Shown: positions 50,484 through 51,183 of the stretch, piece after piece
Layout: every line of letters starts with the position of its first letter
Position numbering within the stretch: position 1 is the stretch's first letter
IMG/VR virus record: IMGVR_UViG_3300012942_000058
Location: 1 to 51,183 of that record
DNA length: 51,183 bases
Strand: one strand, 5' to 3'
Source: a virus
Lineage: Duplodnaviria; Caudoviricetes
Program-made: the position numbers and the translations under genes
Notes under the pieces: generated by a model
Told to the model about the DNA's origin: nothing
Database searches by the model: none
The model's input: only the letters and a program-made list of their open reading frames with translations

Positions 50484-51183
50484 GCAGCATGGGCATCTAC
50501 GTTCCCTCGTCGGGACGCACGCAGAACATAGGCATGGGGGTGTGGCGCTTCGCCTCTCCGGACCTGAAGAATCGGATGGTCTACGTTGTGCCGCAGGATC
50601 AGGTGCGCGACTATGCGCTTGCTCTACGCGACTGCGAGGTAGGCTTCTCGCCGGAGGTCGTCGGCTGCCCAGAGAAGGGCATTGCGGCCACCCGGCGCTG
50701 GATAGGCGAGGAGGCCGACAGGCGCGGGCAGGCCAGCTTCCTCATGCTGGACGACGACGTCTGGTTCTACACGAGGACGACCGACAACCCGAGCGACTTC
50801 CATCTGGAGTACTCTCGTCCCGAGCAGGTGGACGAGATGCTCGCGATGGTCGAGCGCTGCCTGGACATGTACGCTCACGTCGGCATCTCGGCTCGCGAGG
50901 GCAACAACCGGCTGGACCAGCAGGTGGCTCTGGACATCGGCGGAGCACGCACCATGGTCACGGCGCAGCAGTGCACTCGCACTCTGCGGGCGCTGGCCTA
51001 CCAGACCGACGAGTTCCTGGCCTGCGAGCACGGACGGGTGGATGTTCAGGAGGACTTCGACGTCAACCTCCAGCTTCTGGAGCGCGGCCTGCCGAACATC
51101 AACCTCGCCCACTGGGCGCAGGGCCAGCGCCAGACGAATGCGCCGGGCGGGTGCTCGGCCTATCGCTCTCACGAGGTGCAGGA
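50480..51183 (+). CDS. TAGT/GREB1-like (J-base glucosyltransferase-related) GT-A glycosyltransferase, truncated by the window end; absent from the ORF track
   Basis: Hand translation: 'IYVPSSGR', 'VYVVP', 'GIAATRRWI', 'FLMLDDD', 'EDFDVNLQLL..G', 'NAPGGCSAYR'. Confidence 0.8.
   Translation, partial: MSSMGIYVPSSGRTQNIGMGVWRFASPDLKNRMVYVVPQDQVRDYALALRDCEVGFSPEVVGCPEKGIAATRRWIGEEADRRGQASFLMLDDDVWFYTRTTDNPSDFHLEYSRPEQVDEMLAMVERCLDMYAHVGISAREGNNRLDQQVALDIGGARTMVTAQQCTRTLRALAYQTDEFLACEHGRVDVQEDFDVNLQLLERGLPNINLAHWAQGQRQTNAPGGCSAYRSHEVQ

Noticed and set aside
50624-51172. Minus-strand ORFs at the window end
   Set aside because: They lie antisense to the plus-strand glycosyltransferase that runs off the window

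Overview
The window is most of a high-GC tailed (siphovirus-type) phage genome. The host is probably alphaproteobacterial (Rhizobiales-like): the SSB ends in LDDEIPFAPEWR and the recurring promoters fit the alphaproteobacterial RpoD pattern. Gene order: terminase small/large, DUF4055-type portal, two paralogous ADP-ribosyltransferases each followed by a tiny acidic ORF, scaffold, major capsid, head-tail joining genes with a displaced MuF, tail tube, frameshifted tail chaperone, tape measure with a lysozyme-like domain, Dit with an inserted domain, NlpC/P60, long tail-tip/fibre protein, lysis cassette, a reverse-strand SNF2 helicase, then a replication/DNA-metabolism arm. That arm holds an AEP-like primase, two UvrD-like helicases, SSB, HNH- and GIY-YIG-like proteins, a MazG-like protein, a eukaryote-type phosphomannomutase, tRNA-Gly(GCC), an aGPT-Pplase1-type base-modification enzyme, a DenV-like glycosylase and a truncated TAGT-like glycosyltransferase missing from the ORF track. 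No integrase, repressor, DNA polymerase or CRISPR array is visible. Top candidates for novelty: (1) the head-region ART + micro-protein cassettes, which share an RxxxG[RK][FY] motif, with one ART carrying a repeated 'NPK' domain also found in an early gene; (2) a 143-bp gapless inverted duplicated non-coding element 34 kb apart; (3) five covarying bulged CAGUG-loop hairpins in the scaffold and capsid leaders; (4) a possible combined amine/amino-acid and sugar DNA-hypermodification pathway. All family calls come from recognising motifs by eye, not from database searches.
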